A DNA stretch of 64,000 bases from Paragordius varius (GCA_964247055.1 OZ176053.1:4030001-4094000); one strand, 5' to 3'; shown: positions 43,501 to 56,789, numbered from the stretch's first letter. A program made the numbers and translations. Notes: generated by a model from the sequence alone, not told the origin.

Positions 43501-46500
43501 CACACGTTACCAGTATATGCAGAAAATTATTATAATCTTTTCCTCAGTTTATATAATGGACAACGATATATATCAACTTTGACAAATGAACAATTAGCCT
43601 TAACGCAAAACAATGATAATTTTGCTTTAAAAAGCCAACTTACCAAGCTAAATTATTGCATATTAAGCGATTTTATAGAATGTGTTCCCGATTTTTATGT
43701 TCCATTTTCTCAACAAAGGTATTTTTTAATTTTTTATACCTTTTTACTCTAATATTTAACATCCTGCTTTAAAAATTTAAGGTATTTACTTTTTGATTCT
43801 TTGGTGAATGAATCAAACTCCAAGGAGACGGAACAAATATCAAAACTAATTAATCCCTGCAAAGATACGATTGATGCCAAAAATTTTGGTTATTTGTTTT
43901 ATATTGTTATCTGATTTATTTATTAGCAAAATTAAATATATTTGTAATTTTTATTATATATAAAATAGCTTTCTTACAAACAATTAATTTTGAGTTTTGG
44001 AGGCCTAACACTTAAGTGTGTTCTATTAAAAAGACGTCTGCGCCTAAAAATATTTTAATACCGTGCTTAATAATTTTTTCGAAAAAATCAATTTACAATT
44101 GGTTTTACATGATAATTTTTTAAAAAATTCACTAAAATAAGTAAGTTTTTGCAACATGATGATAATTCGTTAACCATTTAAGCAGCTATTGACCACGCTA
44201 TAATTTATATTTAATATTTTTACCATCTTTATAAAATTAACAATTTACTATTCAATTTTATTGTTGCAAAGTAACTTTTATAGCTCTAAGAAAGTTAATT
44301 ACTTTAAATCTGTTTTACCAATAATTTTAATAATAAAATTATAGTGAAATACATTAACATTGAATAGGTAAACAAATAGATAGATGGCTATTGTCAAGGG
44401 ATCTCCTAGCATCCCGTCTTGACGGGGTCAAATATTTTAAAAGACGATTTACGACAATAATTACAAAACAAAAACTAAAATTTAATATTTTGGCGTAAAT
44501 TTGGGGATCACTTAATCATTTTTGATGCTAATTAAACCATAAAAATATAATATTAACGATTTTATATCAACCTTTCTAACATAATGATGTTAAAAATTTT
44601 AATGATAATTTCTTAAAAAAATAGGCCATAAAAACACACTTTTATCTTTTTTTCTTTTTTATAGAGTACATATCCACAAAAATTGACAATATCGATTGTA
44701 TTTTGGATGAAATATTGGGGCAAGAAGATGCGTCACATTTAAAAGAACATCCACATATACAAGATTTATCAAAATCGATCAAAAAGTTACGCTTAAATGT
44801 GACTTCAACTATTGATTCTACGGAAATCATTCAAAATTTGAAACCAATAACCTATAATGAATTTTTCTTTATCATTAACGATGTTATAGTCAATTCAATG
44901 GTAAAACATAAATAAATTACTTTTTTAAGTAGGACAGATATTAACATGCATAATAAATCATTTTTTATGTTAAAATCTTGTCCTACTTGTATTGGTATAT
45001 TAATAAAAAAAATAAAAGTTTAATATATTATAAATATTTTATATTTCATATCCCAAATTAATAAATAACTTGACATTAATAAACTTAATTATATACAGAA
45101 CCGTAACATAAATTCTATACAAATTTGTAAAATTAATCCATTTCACACCATTATAATTGGTAGTATGTATAATATTAAATTACTATTTTTTTAAATCTTA
45201 TTATACAATTTTTTTAGATTCTTAAAACTACACTATCTCCCATTCCAACTACCGACAAATGGTTTAAATGTGTACAAGATCTTATTAAAACATATAACGA
45301 AATGATTCGTGATAGCTACATGCCTTTTCTGCATAAATGGCTTGATTGTACCATAAGTGAATTTCGCAAATTAGTTCACCTTCAATTCCCTACATTGTAT
45401 AAAAGCACAATCGATAGTTTTAACAGTTTAATGGATTCAAATGAGGATACAATAAATGGGGTATGTTATATTTAATTTTGATTAATTAAGGCTATAGATT
45501 GATAAAACTTGTTAATTATTATAAATTTTTAGGTTATTTCAAAAAAACTTTTGAGTTTTGATCACCGATATATCAAAATTGTTTGTATTTTAAGTATTTT
45601 TTTATTGATAGAGTATTTTTAATTAGAGTCATATAATTTGTAACCGATTATACATGCATTAAATTATTTTATTAGAAATTTATAAAAAGTTTTGTAGGTA
45701 TATACACTTAAAATTCCCAATATATATCTAAATGTTGCCGTTTGATATATAATTAGGCACAATTCTAGACCGAATATGCTAAATATTTAATCCATACTCA
45801 TTATGTATGTGGTAAAGTCTATGTTTTCATGAGAATTTTGAAGATTAGATATATTAAGATAATCAATTAAATTAATTTATAATTTATATAGGGCAACGTT
45901 AACTCACTCCTTCAGGTGTTTTACGAATATCTGATGGATTCACCCATAGGACAATATACCGCTCGGTTGGATTTGCTGAAAGCCTTTTATCATTATATCA
46001 TCGAAAATTACTCTAGTAATATTATTTAACATATTTATATATATAAATATATATATGTATTAAATACAAAACGATTAATAACCCTTTATTTTTTACTAGG
46101 TAATCCCTATTCAGTAACCATATTTAACAATTACAAAAATTTATTAATATTTGGACAAACTTTTATTCCCATCATTAATGACTGTATTGAATCTCACTCC
46201 AAACGATTGGATGTTGAACTTCAGGTATTTTATCCACAAATTTTATAATACCTAAAAATTTTATCTTTTACCAATTTTGAACATTTTAATATTAATATAT
46301 TTCTAGCATCTGGTTAATGTGCAACGTAAAAAACTTGTTAGAGACACTGTGATAGATTTTAGGGCCCTGTGGAAAATGCTGTATCCCAAACTCAAGAAAT
46401 TGAAAATTGAATATCAAGTATATAAGAGTATTTTTAAAAAAATATATTGGTTAAAATTTAACCTTATATTAGATTTTATATTGTGTAAATTAATATATCT

Positions 46501-49500
46501 TTCCATGATTTATAGGAACTTTTATTAAAGCCAGCCATTTCAATTATTTTTCCTTATCAATTCCAACATTTGCCTATGAATACCATACCTAATAATTACC
46601 AAATTGATTATAGTAATAATAAATTAAAAGTAACCTTGAATGCCCTTTTTAATGTCAAAATTAAAGAGTTGACATTTTCCAATTTGTGGGAGAATGGTAG
46701 AAAATTCGCTCACAATACAATAAATACGATACAGGGTATGTCGCTAAAAATATTTTTTCATTTTATTATGCATGGGATTCGTTTAAATATTTTGAAATAT
46801 CTTAAGTAAGTTTTTGGTTATTTTCATTTGCTAAAAATGCAAGTATTATCATATCTTACAATTCTTTTTTAATTATTTATTATAATCAGGGATTGGAACC
46901 GAAGTAACGGTTTTGCTTCCATCCAATTATTTTATAGAAAACGGTTTTGATTAAATGTCTCGGGGATTGTTGCGAAATATAACTTTGAATTATTGTTGTT
47001 CAAATTGTTTGAATTTCGGTATACTTTTTGAAATTTAGGTATAACTATCCTTTAACAATGTGGTATAAAATATGACTTAAATTTAATCCAATATAATATA
47101 GAAAAAATTTTATGATACTTTTTTCTTAAACCTAAAATTTGATATAATAAAAAGCATAAAAAATATAAGAATTATCTTACCTTTAGAAAAATAATTGTTT
47201 GGAACGGCGCTTATTTTTCTTTTTTTCTGTTGGTTATTAAACGATTCCAAAAACTAGTGGTTTGGATACATTAAAAACAGTTTCGGTATCAATTTCCCAT
47301 AGTAATTTTATAATTATCTAGATCAAACATGTTCATTATTGAATGAATTTCAACGCACAACTGTATTCACTGAACAAAAACAATTGGCTTTTGATTGTCG
47401 ACATAAGCATAAATGTTTGTTGGATCTATACAAAAAGTTTCAAACGAGCTTGGGATTATCTTATAACAAGGGCTTGGTTATGTGTAAAAATATGCAAGAT
47501 TCATGTAACCCTATCAATTATTTCACTACTCCTAACTTTAACGAAAAGGACCGAACTTTACTAAAGACTAAAGATTTAATTTCTTGCAATGAGAATGAAT
47601 ATATTATCAATAATAATGAGTCATATTCTATATTTGTTAAAAATATGATATACTTCCATACAAATATCATGGGATCTAAAGAAAAATTGCGGGTATATAC
47701 ATGTTTCTGGTTTCAAAAAATATTTCTCTCAAACATATGAATATATAAATCTCTAACTTTTTTTATTTTGCTTTTTTGTTTAAAAATCATTTTATCTCAC
47801 ATATTTTAGGAAATTGATCCATTCCATTTCACCCGTTGCCATGGATTTTTGCATCATATTCATCATTTATTGGTACAACAACAGCAAACATTAATCCTAG
47901 AAAGAATTAAAATTGCCAATTTTACCCATTATCAAAAGATTTATTTTGATGGACAACGTTTACCAAATCAAACGCCAGATAAATCTATAACATTTCAAGG
48001 GAATACTATATCAAATATAATAGTAAAACCTTTATTTTTTTATTCTCATATTTAAAAAAAACAGATATTTTTAAATTCTCCAAAATTTTATTACATAGAA
48101 TTCATTACACACATTTGCCATCAATATGTCGGAGCTGATGGATCGTTTATCTCATATCCTTTCTTTGATTATGCCACAAACTTCCGAAAATGTCCGAAAA
48201 AATGATATCCCTGTTACATATCAGCAGTCCAAGAACGTACTTAGCCAATTTATTCAAACGTGTCAGGCATTAATTTCACATTATAATTCATGTGAATATT
48301 ATGATATACAACCTTTTTATCCTATGCAAGAGGTGATTAAACTCAACAAAGATATTAATCTGATTTCTATGTCTTTTGAATCGTTTTGGTCGGATGTTAA
48401 AACATCCTTATCACAAGATTCATTACCACCATTGTTGGAAGAAATTTGGAATTTTTACATCTCCGAATTCCATGTTTTGCAAATCGATTGGGGTCAAATT
48501 TATTATGAAAAATTTGAAAATACGGAAAATTTAGAAATAATTGCTGAAAAAAATGATCTAATACCGAATAACATAAGCTTACCATCAAAAGTAGCATCTT
48601 GCCATATCGCACAGTCTTGGTTTACTCGATTGCAACGGTTTTACAACTTAATCACTGAATCTAAAGTGGGAAACACAAATTTTGGAAATTTATTCATTGC
48701 TTTAAGCAAGGATATTCCGGATGAAAACAGCGGTAAAATAAACTTAATAAACAAAAATTTGACTAGACAATTATAATAATGAGACTGGATTATTGTGCAA
48801 CAAAACCAATTTTCTTTCTTAAGTTTTTTTTTAATATTTTATAAAAACAATAATAACATTTAAAATATCCAAAAAAATTTTATTTTTCTAGAATTGATGG
48901 ATTCAGTCCCTATCATCCTCATATTTAATGAGTTGATCCACCTGTTTTTCAAATGTTTTGACCCAATTGAGGTATATAGTTATAACTTTCCTAAACATAA
49001 ATTATAAACGAAAAATTGCAATATACAGTAAAACTTGAAATTATACGGACAAAGTGTAAAAATATTGCGACAAATATTTTTTTTAAAAGACAACCATACT
49101 TTTTAAATCTTGATTTTTAAACATAACTCATTGTGTTAAACAACAAAGTATAAAATAGAGATGAATATTGGTAACACAATCAAATATTATATATATTATA
49201 ATTGTAAATATATTTTTTATATGAGAAAAAATTAAATTGCAAAAAGTATGGTTGTCTTTTAGAAAAAAATATTTGTCTTTGATTTACGTCTTCGTACATT
49301 TTCAGTTTTTACTGTATTTTGTTTATATATAGTTCCAAAAAACTTTGGCCAACCATTCACCTACGAATTTGTCCTTTTTTATTTTGACGACAGAAATCAT
49401 AATTGGGAAATTTAATGAAATATATAGTATTTTATTGAACTTTCATGACAACTTATGTACGATGGCATCTAATATATCCTATCTGTTTGTTCAATTTATT

Positions 49501-50447
49501 GAAAAGGTATGATTATTTATTATGTCTACTATATTTTATTTCAACATTTAAATGTACCGACTATGGGTATACATGGTTTAATATACGTATCATGAGGTTT
49601 TTTTTACTAAAAAACACTAACTTTTTGTTTTTAATTTTTTTTTCTAACACTTAGAATATAAGATAATTATGAATTATCATTTAATATTTTTGGCTCATTA
49701 TGATAATTTAAAATATTAAACTAGAAATTCAACAGGAATGCTTAAATTTACAGTGGTTAATTAGATATGTAAAAGGCGTATGATAATGAGTTTAAAAGGG
49801 GTGATTGTTTGTAGGTTTAAATGAGTGGAATGGACTTATGTTCATTATTAGATTTTTTATTTAATATTTGAAAATAAATTATATATATATATATATATAT
49901 ACTGTACTGGCCTTAGGGTTATTGCAATCGTTTAAAATCAAACGATAAACCAAACGAAAGTCAACAACAATCATACCCCTCTAAAAAACAAACGGATGAT
50001 TTTGATTCAAATAATAATGGTGACGATAATGATGATATTGGATGTGGAATGGGTGAGGGAACAGGCCTTAAAAATGTTAGCGATAAAATGGAAAATTTGG
50101 ATCAAGTAAGATAACTGTACCAACAATGTAAAATTTAGTGTATGTATAATAAGCTTAAATATTTTGAACCATAGAATTTTAAATATGTGGCAAATTTCAG
50201 CTTTTTATTATTCATTGTGGTCGCATTTCTATCATATATTTTAAAATATAATTGTTAGTTCAACCAATACATCAAACGAAATTTAATTCAAAATATATAC
50301 ATTTATAGATTGAAAGCTGTGCTCCAATGGATGATGAAAGTTTTAAAGAAACCAAATCCCAAGAAAAAGGAAAATCACAGACAAAAGATGAACAAACGAT
50401 CGAATTACCCGATGAAGATTTTGCGGGTTTTTACATAATATTATATT

Positions 50448-50491
<44 letters not shown>

Positions 50492-52873
50492 CCATACCTT
50501 ATTTCATTATTAATATTTAATAAAAATTATTCAGATGATGGTCAATACGAAGAGGAGGAATATTTTGGTCACGATGATGTTAATGGTAATGACATTTATT
50601 TTATTGGCATTAAAATTTTAGTTACAAAAATATCTTTATGAATAACAAAATTTGATGGTTTAATATCATTTAAAAAACATTATATATTTATTAAATTTTA
50701 CAATTAATTATCCATATATACCAAAATCTTAATTTGGTTTTGGTATCTTAAAACAAAAACTATGTTTAAAATAATTACTATTGTGGCATATACATCGTAC
50801 CAGTTAAAACTGTATTTATTTAATAATTTTTTTATTACCCGATTTTATTAGATGATGAATTAGATATTGATGCATTACGTAATGAATGGGAAACTAAACT
50901 ACAAAATAATGGTACGGAAAACGAAAATCAAGATGGTAGGAATAAAAATGGTAAAGATATTCAAACCGATAATACTGATGAATGGGATCTCCCTGCTCTT
51001 GAACAAATGCTTCAAGATCAATACGAAGAATTATTGAATAATGAATCGGAAATATCAAAAAACGATAATAATCAAAAAACGAATGAATCCAAAACGGATA
51101 CATCTAATAATAAAGAAAAACTATTACCAAACTTACCACAAAACAATTTTTTAGACCTACCAGATGAGGAAGATTATGATGAAACGATTGATTCAGACAA
51201 CCATATAGAAAACGAAGAGGATTTCAGTATGGATGTTACAAAAGAACAGGAAGTTTCATCAAAACGAAAGGATCAAAAGAAACGTTCTAAAACAAAATTA
51301 AAACCTAAAAAACACTTTAATGATTACCAAGATGAAAAACAAAATGAACAAGAAATTGGAAAAATTAGTGAGATTGAGCTATCCGACACTGTTGAAATCA
51401 GTGATGATGATGATAATATTAATAATCTTGAAGAAAACTGTATGGATAAAATAGACAAGGTCGAAAATATCGATGAAAATTTAAGTGATTTTATGGACGA
51501 GGAGATGGGAGAAGAATCAGCTGTTAAAAATCATACCGAGGCGAAGGATGTTGATCTGTTTGGGGATATAGATGAAATATTATCAGCGGTAAGTTTGCAT
51601 ATTAATTACATATTTTTCAAAATATTTGGTTTTCAACAATATAAATTGTTATAATTTTAAATTATTTAAATAAATTAACATATTAGAGGAGCATCAATTT
51701 TGTAAAAAAAATAATTGCAAAAATTTATTTTTCATTTAAAATTATATTTTTTAAACACACTATGGTTTTGTGGCGTGTTTCTAAATTATAAATTACGCAT
51801 TTTTGACTGCTGCCTTTGCGTATTAGGACGGGCAACTAGAAGATGATGACCAATTAGCTACAAATGTGGAGAAATTTAATGAAAACGAATTCAATGGTTT
51901 GGAATCAAAGCTTGGTATATTTAGATAATTTAAAAAAAAATAACTTTATAAATTTGAAAAAATTTTATTTAAAAAACTTAATATAAAGTAATATAATTGC
52001 TTAATAAAAAAATTTTTGACTTCATATATTATAGATGAGGATAAAATTGAAACTGATCAAGAAATGGAAAATAAGCAAAGAGCAAATTCTAATGATTATA
52101 ATGATTCATTAACAGGTAAAGCTTATATTTTTCTTAAAATCTTTATAATTAAACTTATTTTTTGCTTATGATACATATCTTAGGAAATGGAAAGAATGCT
52201 CATAATTTAGATTCTAATAATGCACAAAATGGAGAAAACGTGAGCATTTTTTATCATTTTTAAAAATTTATTTAATATCAATTTTTCATTTTGTAACATT
52301 AAAATAGGAACAAATGCACATGGAATCGGGCAATTCCAAAAGTAAAAGAAAACGCAAAAAGCGGAAATCTAAATCAAAAAAGGTAATGAATTATCGAGGA
52401 GAGCTTCTAAATATTGAATTTTTAAATTATTTGTTTTGTAATATTAAATACTTTAGAGTAAAGCTGGGGCATCCGAAACTAAGCAAGCCATTAATTCAGA
52501 TGTTACGGATTATAATAAAAATAATAAATCAAGCATGGATGTTCATGATGAAAATTGCACAAGTGATATTAAACCAAATAAATTGTCTGATGACCAAATA
52601 TATCATTCCGAATTATCTGACGACGACGTCGCAGAAAATGACAGGGATAATAATGAGGTTTTCGTTTATTTATGGATAAAAAGTTTGCGTTTGTTTAAAC
52701 TATAAAATTAATAAATAAAGCCTCGATTTAATCAATAATATTATTAGAATGACTCAAAATGACTTTGTACTCTACAAAAAATAATTTAATAGTAGGATAT
52801 TTTTCGCTATTAGTTATCCAATTATAAATATTTTCATAGATTATATTAAACAAAATCGCATGTTTCGCACATT

Positions 52874-52922
<49 letters not shown>

Positions 52923-55900
52923 TATAATTTAGACGCTAAAATCTAATGGGGATAATACATTATTACCAACAATGGATGATTTAAGTTATGATGAAGAAAG
53001 CGAAATTATTATATTCGATGATAATACTATTGATTTATCTGACGATGTATCCGCCAACACATATGGACGTAAAAAAGGTCCAACTGGTTCCAAAAGCAAA
53101 CAGATTGCTGGTAAAAGTACAAAAAATAGTCAAAACCATCGTAATAATGCGAAAGAATACAATAATTTTGGGGATAGAGTATTTGACATATCTGACAACG
53201 ATATGTATGATAGTGATGAAAATATCGATGACCATAATGAAGGAAAAAAACTCAAGAAACAATCAAAACTTGCTGCGAATGACAAAATGTCGTCAACTTA
53301 TCCAAAATCTAATACTGTTAAAAACGTGAAAGATTTTGAGCTAAGAGAATCACAACAACCAAATTATGCACCTAAATCAAAAAACATTAAGGATACCGAA
53401 TCTAGTATTCACGAAAATTTGGAGCTGTACAAAAATTTAAATGTCGCTCTAGAATCTGATATATCCAATAACATAACACTAAATGATGGCGAAAATACTC
53501 CCATAGATGAAAATACTCTATCCATAGATGCAGATTCAATATATTTTGAGGCTCAACAATTAAGTGAACAACTTAAAACGATTCTTGAACCGACTACTGC
53601 ATCACGATATAGGTACTTTAAATTATATAAATCTTGAACATAGCCATTTTATATGACGGAAATATAGTGTACCTTTTTTTACAAAACGCTTAATTTCATT
53701 ACTCAAGGTAGTATTTTCACATCATTACCTATAACACTGGGTAGGCGAATATTAAAATTTTTTTGGCTCCTATTACCAATATATTAGCTTTTTTATTTAA
53801 AAATGAAAAAGGCTAGATGTAATTACTTTTGACCAACTATATCGGAAGTTTTAAACACAATTCAATATAATTTTATCCATATTTTATTCGTATAAAGGGG
53901 TGATTACAAAACAGGGAAACGTTTAAATATGCGTCGTATAATAAATTACATTGCTAGTGGTTATCGTAACAACAAAATTTGGATGAGAAGAACCAAATTG
54001 GCTAAACGCGATTTTAACGTTATGATGGCCATCGATGATTCCCATAGTATGAGGAACAATATATCCATTGATGTAAGAATTTAACGACGAATTAATTATT
54101 TGCTTCTTCAAATGTTTTGTAAACTAGTAAATTAATGACTTAAAATAAAGTATAATTACTGGATTCTACTGTGCAAATGATATTTTAAATATATGCCAAG
54201 TTTGATCAAATAGTCATCAATATATGTGTAAAAAATTATCCTAAATCCAATGAAACAAAACATCAAATATTTATTATTCAGAAAACATTTATTATTTCCT
54301 TGTATAATTATATTTAAAAAATTACCATTTATTACAAACCTTTTTCTATCGTTTACTTATTCTCAATATAATAATTGGTTAATTATTTATTATTTTAATG
54401 AAAATAATTAAATAAACCAATACGTGATTGCTCTAATTATATGTATTATTTAGATGGCCACGAGATGCATACTTATATTGAATAAAGCATTTTCTCTTCT
54501 TGAAATTGGATCTGTATCGATATGCAAGTTAGAATACAAAAATAAATATTTTTATACCTAATTTTTTCCTTATAACAACTATATGATGATACGCCTTTTA
54601 GACATAATTTTCTGTGTGTAGCAATTTACATTTCTTTTTATAATTTAAACCAAAACTATAGGATATATCAAAGGAAAAAATATGCAATGTTATTTTTTAC
54701 ACTTAATTACTCAAATTGCCTATATTTTGTATTAAATGACCCAATTAATGTGTACACAACATTAACAAATAGATTTGGACGTGATATCAAAACTATACAA
54801 CCATTTAATCGAACGTTAATGACGGATTATGAGTTAGCAAATGAACTTAAACAAAATTTGTCTTTCCAACAAAAGGAAACAAATTTTCCTGGCTTAATTC
54901 ACCATGTTAATGAATCATTTGTATCACTTAATCAAGGAAACCTTACTAATAAACTAAAAGGTTCAACTCCCGGCGACCACCCTAATGGTAAATTAATCAA
55001 TATTTTATCCGCATTGTTGAAAATTTTTATATAAACAATGATATTTTGCTAAATTTTAAAAGACAAATTTTTATGTTATGCTAAAAACATTATCTTGTTT
55101 TGCTATTCTGGGAAAAATAATATTCTATAACATTATATGGGATAGGCGCTAAATAAGCAAAACAAAGGAGCATATTATCAATTCCCATCACAGGGGCTAT
55201 TTTTATTAAGATTATATAATTTTATAATATAAAATGTAAAAATTAAAATACTTTTTACGTGCAAGGTATATAGCTAATTAACCCTATTATTGATGTAAAC
55301 GAATATAATAACGTTTAATGTTAAAAACCATATAACTTTTATAATGGAATTTTTGATTTTTATTCAAAAAATCATAGGTAAAATATTAATAATCAGCTGT
55401 ATAATATATATTTTTGCATTTATTACCCTTATATAACAATCAAAAAAGCAGTTTTTGTCCAAAATACTATATATTTTTGCATATATTACCCTTATATAAC
55501 AATCAAAAAAACAGTTTTTGTCAAAAATATCCCAATTTGGATTATAAATAACCAATATGTTTCTATAAAATCCTTAAAAATATGATAGTGTTTAATAAAA
55601 ATAAATTTTGACTTTTATAAAATTTGTATTTAATCTTTTTTTTACAGAATCACTATTGTTCATTTTATCAGACGGGAGAGGCGTTTTCAGCAACGGATTT
55701 GACAATTTACGTAAAGAAGTGGCCGAATTACTTAAACTCGGAATTTTTTGCGTTTTTATTATACTCGATAACCCATCTAACAAGGTTTGCAGTTATAATT
55801 CCCTATTCAATTTTTTTATCGTAAAATTGATTTGATTATATAAAAACAAATTTTATTTGTACTACAACCAATTTTACAAATATTTTTTTATTTTATGTGT

Positions 55901-56272
55901 ATATTTAGAATTCTATAAGAGATATTAAGATACCCATATTTCCTACTGAAGAAGATATATCGGAAGTATGTCCTTATAAATTACTTTTTAATACATTCAA
56001 ATATTTTTTTATTTCGGGTTATGGTTTTGTTTGATTTTTTATACATTTTATGTAACACCTTTCAACAGGTTTAAAAAAAAATTATTTGCTAATTTTTGTG
56101 GAAGAAAGATTAAATATTTTCATTTCATCTCTAGAAACTCCAATTTAAAAATTATTTGGAGGTTTTTCCATTCCCATTTTATCTCATCATTCATGATATC
56201 GATAATCTTCCGCGCCTTTTAACCCAAGCTATGAAACAATGGTTTGAGATTTTAGTAAATCCCCTAACCTAG
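16811..56272 (+). CDS. MDN1: Midasin (MDN1/Rea1) AAA-ATPase for 60S maturation, about 85-90 exons
   Basis: Six tandem AAA modules: D2 GETGVGKT (20970), WILLDEIN; D3 GPTSVGKT (26224), WIILDELN; D4 GPTG|CGKT (intron 28700-28990), LLLDEIS; D5 EG|SPGVGKT, WILIDE|LN; D6 GDSSTGKKS (35066), WILIENAN. Then a long helical linker, conserved GMGEGTG (~50046) and a D/E-rich region. MIDAS domain: GDYKTGKRLNMRRII, DDSHS (54034-54048), SDGRG, PFPFYLII, QWFE; stop TAG at 56270-56272. 5' exons: 16811-16828, 16855-16983, 17010-17081, 17104-17270, 17297-17402, 18878-19011, 19340-19550, 20224-20591. Splicing between 38588 and 39007 is ambiguous. Confidence 0.95.
17880..18230 (-). pseudogene. Possible relic of a non-LTR (RTE-like) retrotransposon C-terminus
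   Basis: Minus-strand fragments IIRIKLGRTKFNQLK and SRLKKTESRMLKYM..GYNL..WIRTN resemble post-RT segments of RTE-clade LINEs. Multiple stops and frameshifts. Confidence 0.35.
18398..18794. mobile_element. MITE family A, intact copy (TIRs made of tandem 21-bp units)
   Basis: TA|CCATTTACA...TGTAAATGG|TA. Each arm holds about 5 units of TTGAACAATTCAAATTCACCC, flanking a ~170-bp AT-rich core. Confidence 0.9.
19588..19821. mobile_element. MITE family A, shortened copy
   Basis: TA|CCATTTA left end and the same core as 18398 (TTAAAAATTA...GATGAGTTACATTAG). The right arm has two GGTGAATTTGAATTGT-like units. Confidence 0.8.
23713..24091. mobile_element. MITE family A, intact copy, inverted relative to 18398
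   Basis: TA|CCATTTACA...TGTAAATGG|TA with about 5 units per arm. The core is the reverse complement of the 18398 core. Confidence 0.9.
26123..26181. repeat. 29-bp tandem duplication
   Basis: ATATATTTTT(T)AATTTATTTCTCAAATGA occurs twice in tandem in an MDN1 intron. Confidence 0.85.
29322..29610. mobile_element. MITE family A copy
   Basis: TA|CCATTTACA left end, three 21-bp units and a CTGTAAATGG right end, followed by (TA)n. Confidence 0.85.
30316..30890 (-). mobile_element. Non-autonomous Helitron (575 bp)
   Basis: On the minus strand it reads A|TC...CTAG|T (AT insertion site, no TSD). A GC-rich hairpin CGGGCTGC-GTA-GCAGCACG lies about 13 nt before the CTAG end. GC content is higher than the flanks. 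Lies in an MDN1 intron. Confidence 0.85.
44927..44988. repeat. 62-bp hairpin/mini inverted repeat
   Basis: AAGTAGGACAGATATTAACAT...ATGTTAAAATCTTGTCCTACTT, a near-perfect ~21-bp stem 26 nt inside an MDN1 5' splice site. Confidence 0.75.
46887..47299. mobile_element. hAT (Ac-like) MITE
   Basis: CAGGGATTGGAACCGAA...TTCGGTATCAATTTCCCA imperfect TIRs, with repeated AACGGTTTT subterminal motifs. Confidence 0.5.
49026..49314. mobile_element. MITE family B (pogo/Tc1-mariner-like), well-preserved copy
   Basis: TA|CAGTAAAAC...GTTTTTACTG|TA, i.e. TA target duplication and CAGT..ACTG termini. The arms contain AAAAGACAACCATACTTTT and its reverse complement. Lies in an MDN1 intron. Confidence 0.8.
55405..55530. 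repeat. 63-bp tandem duplication
   Basis: TATATATTTTTGCAT..ATTACCCTTATATAACAATCAAAAAA..CAGTTTTTGTC.AAAATA occurs twice with period 63. It is also visible as the repeated DKNCFFDCYIRVI in the spurious ORF 55364-55555. Confidence 0.9.
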
Positions 56273-56450
56273 TCTTTGTTCTATATTCAAAGGATGTTTA
56301 TATATATATATATATGCTGTAAAAAATTATAATATCATGTGAATACGCTCAATATCCACCATTTTTATTTAGAAATGCAATATTAAAATAAATTTTTTTT
56401 GTATACTTGATAACATTTTTAAAAAAATATTGTTGATAGGATATAATATA

Positions 56451-56711
56451 CCATTTACAATTTAAATTCACCCTTGAACAATTCAAATTCACCCTAAAAA
56501 TGTGTTTTTAAGATTAAAAATTATCTTTATTTTAATATTTTAAAATATGAAATTCTGTTTAAAATTAATATAATGCTCAAAAAATAATAAAATATGTCGT
56601 AAAAATATATTTCATATTAATGATGAATCTTATTATCCCGAAAACACATAATATATATATATATATATATATATATTGAATTGGTCAAGGGTGAATTTGA
56701 ATTGTAAATGC
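56451..56711. mobile_element. MITE family A copy, just downstream of the MDN1 stop
   Basis: TA|CCATTTACA left end, 21-bp units, the shared core, an internal (TA)n tract and GGTGAATTTGAATTGTAAATG at the right. Confidence 0.85.
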
Positions 56712-56789
56712 TATTTTATAAATATTTATTACATTGAATATTTTTAAATATCATCATTTAATAAATACATTCAAGCATGCTTATAACAT

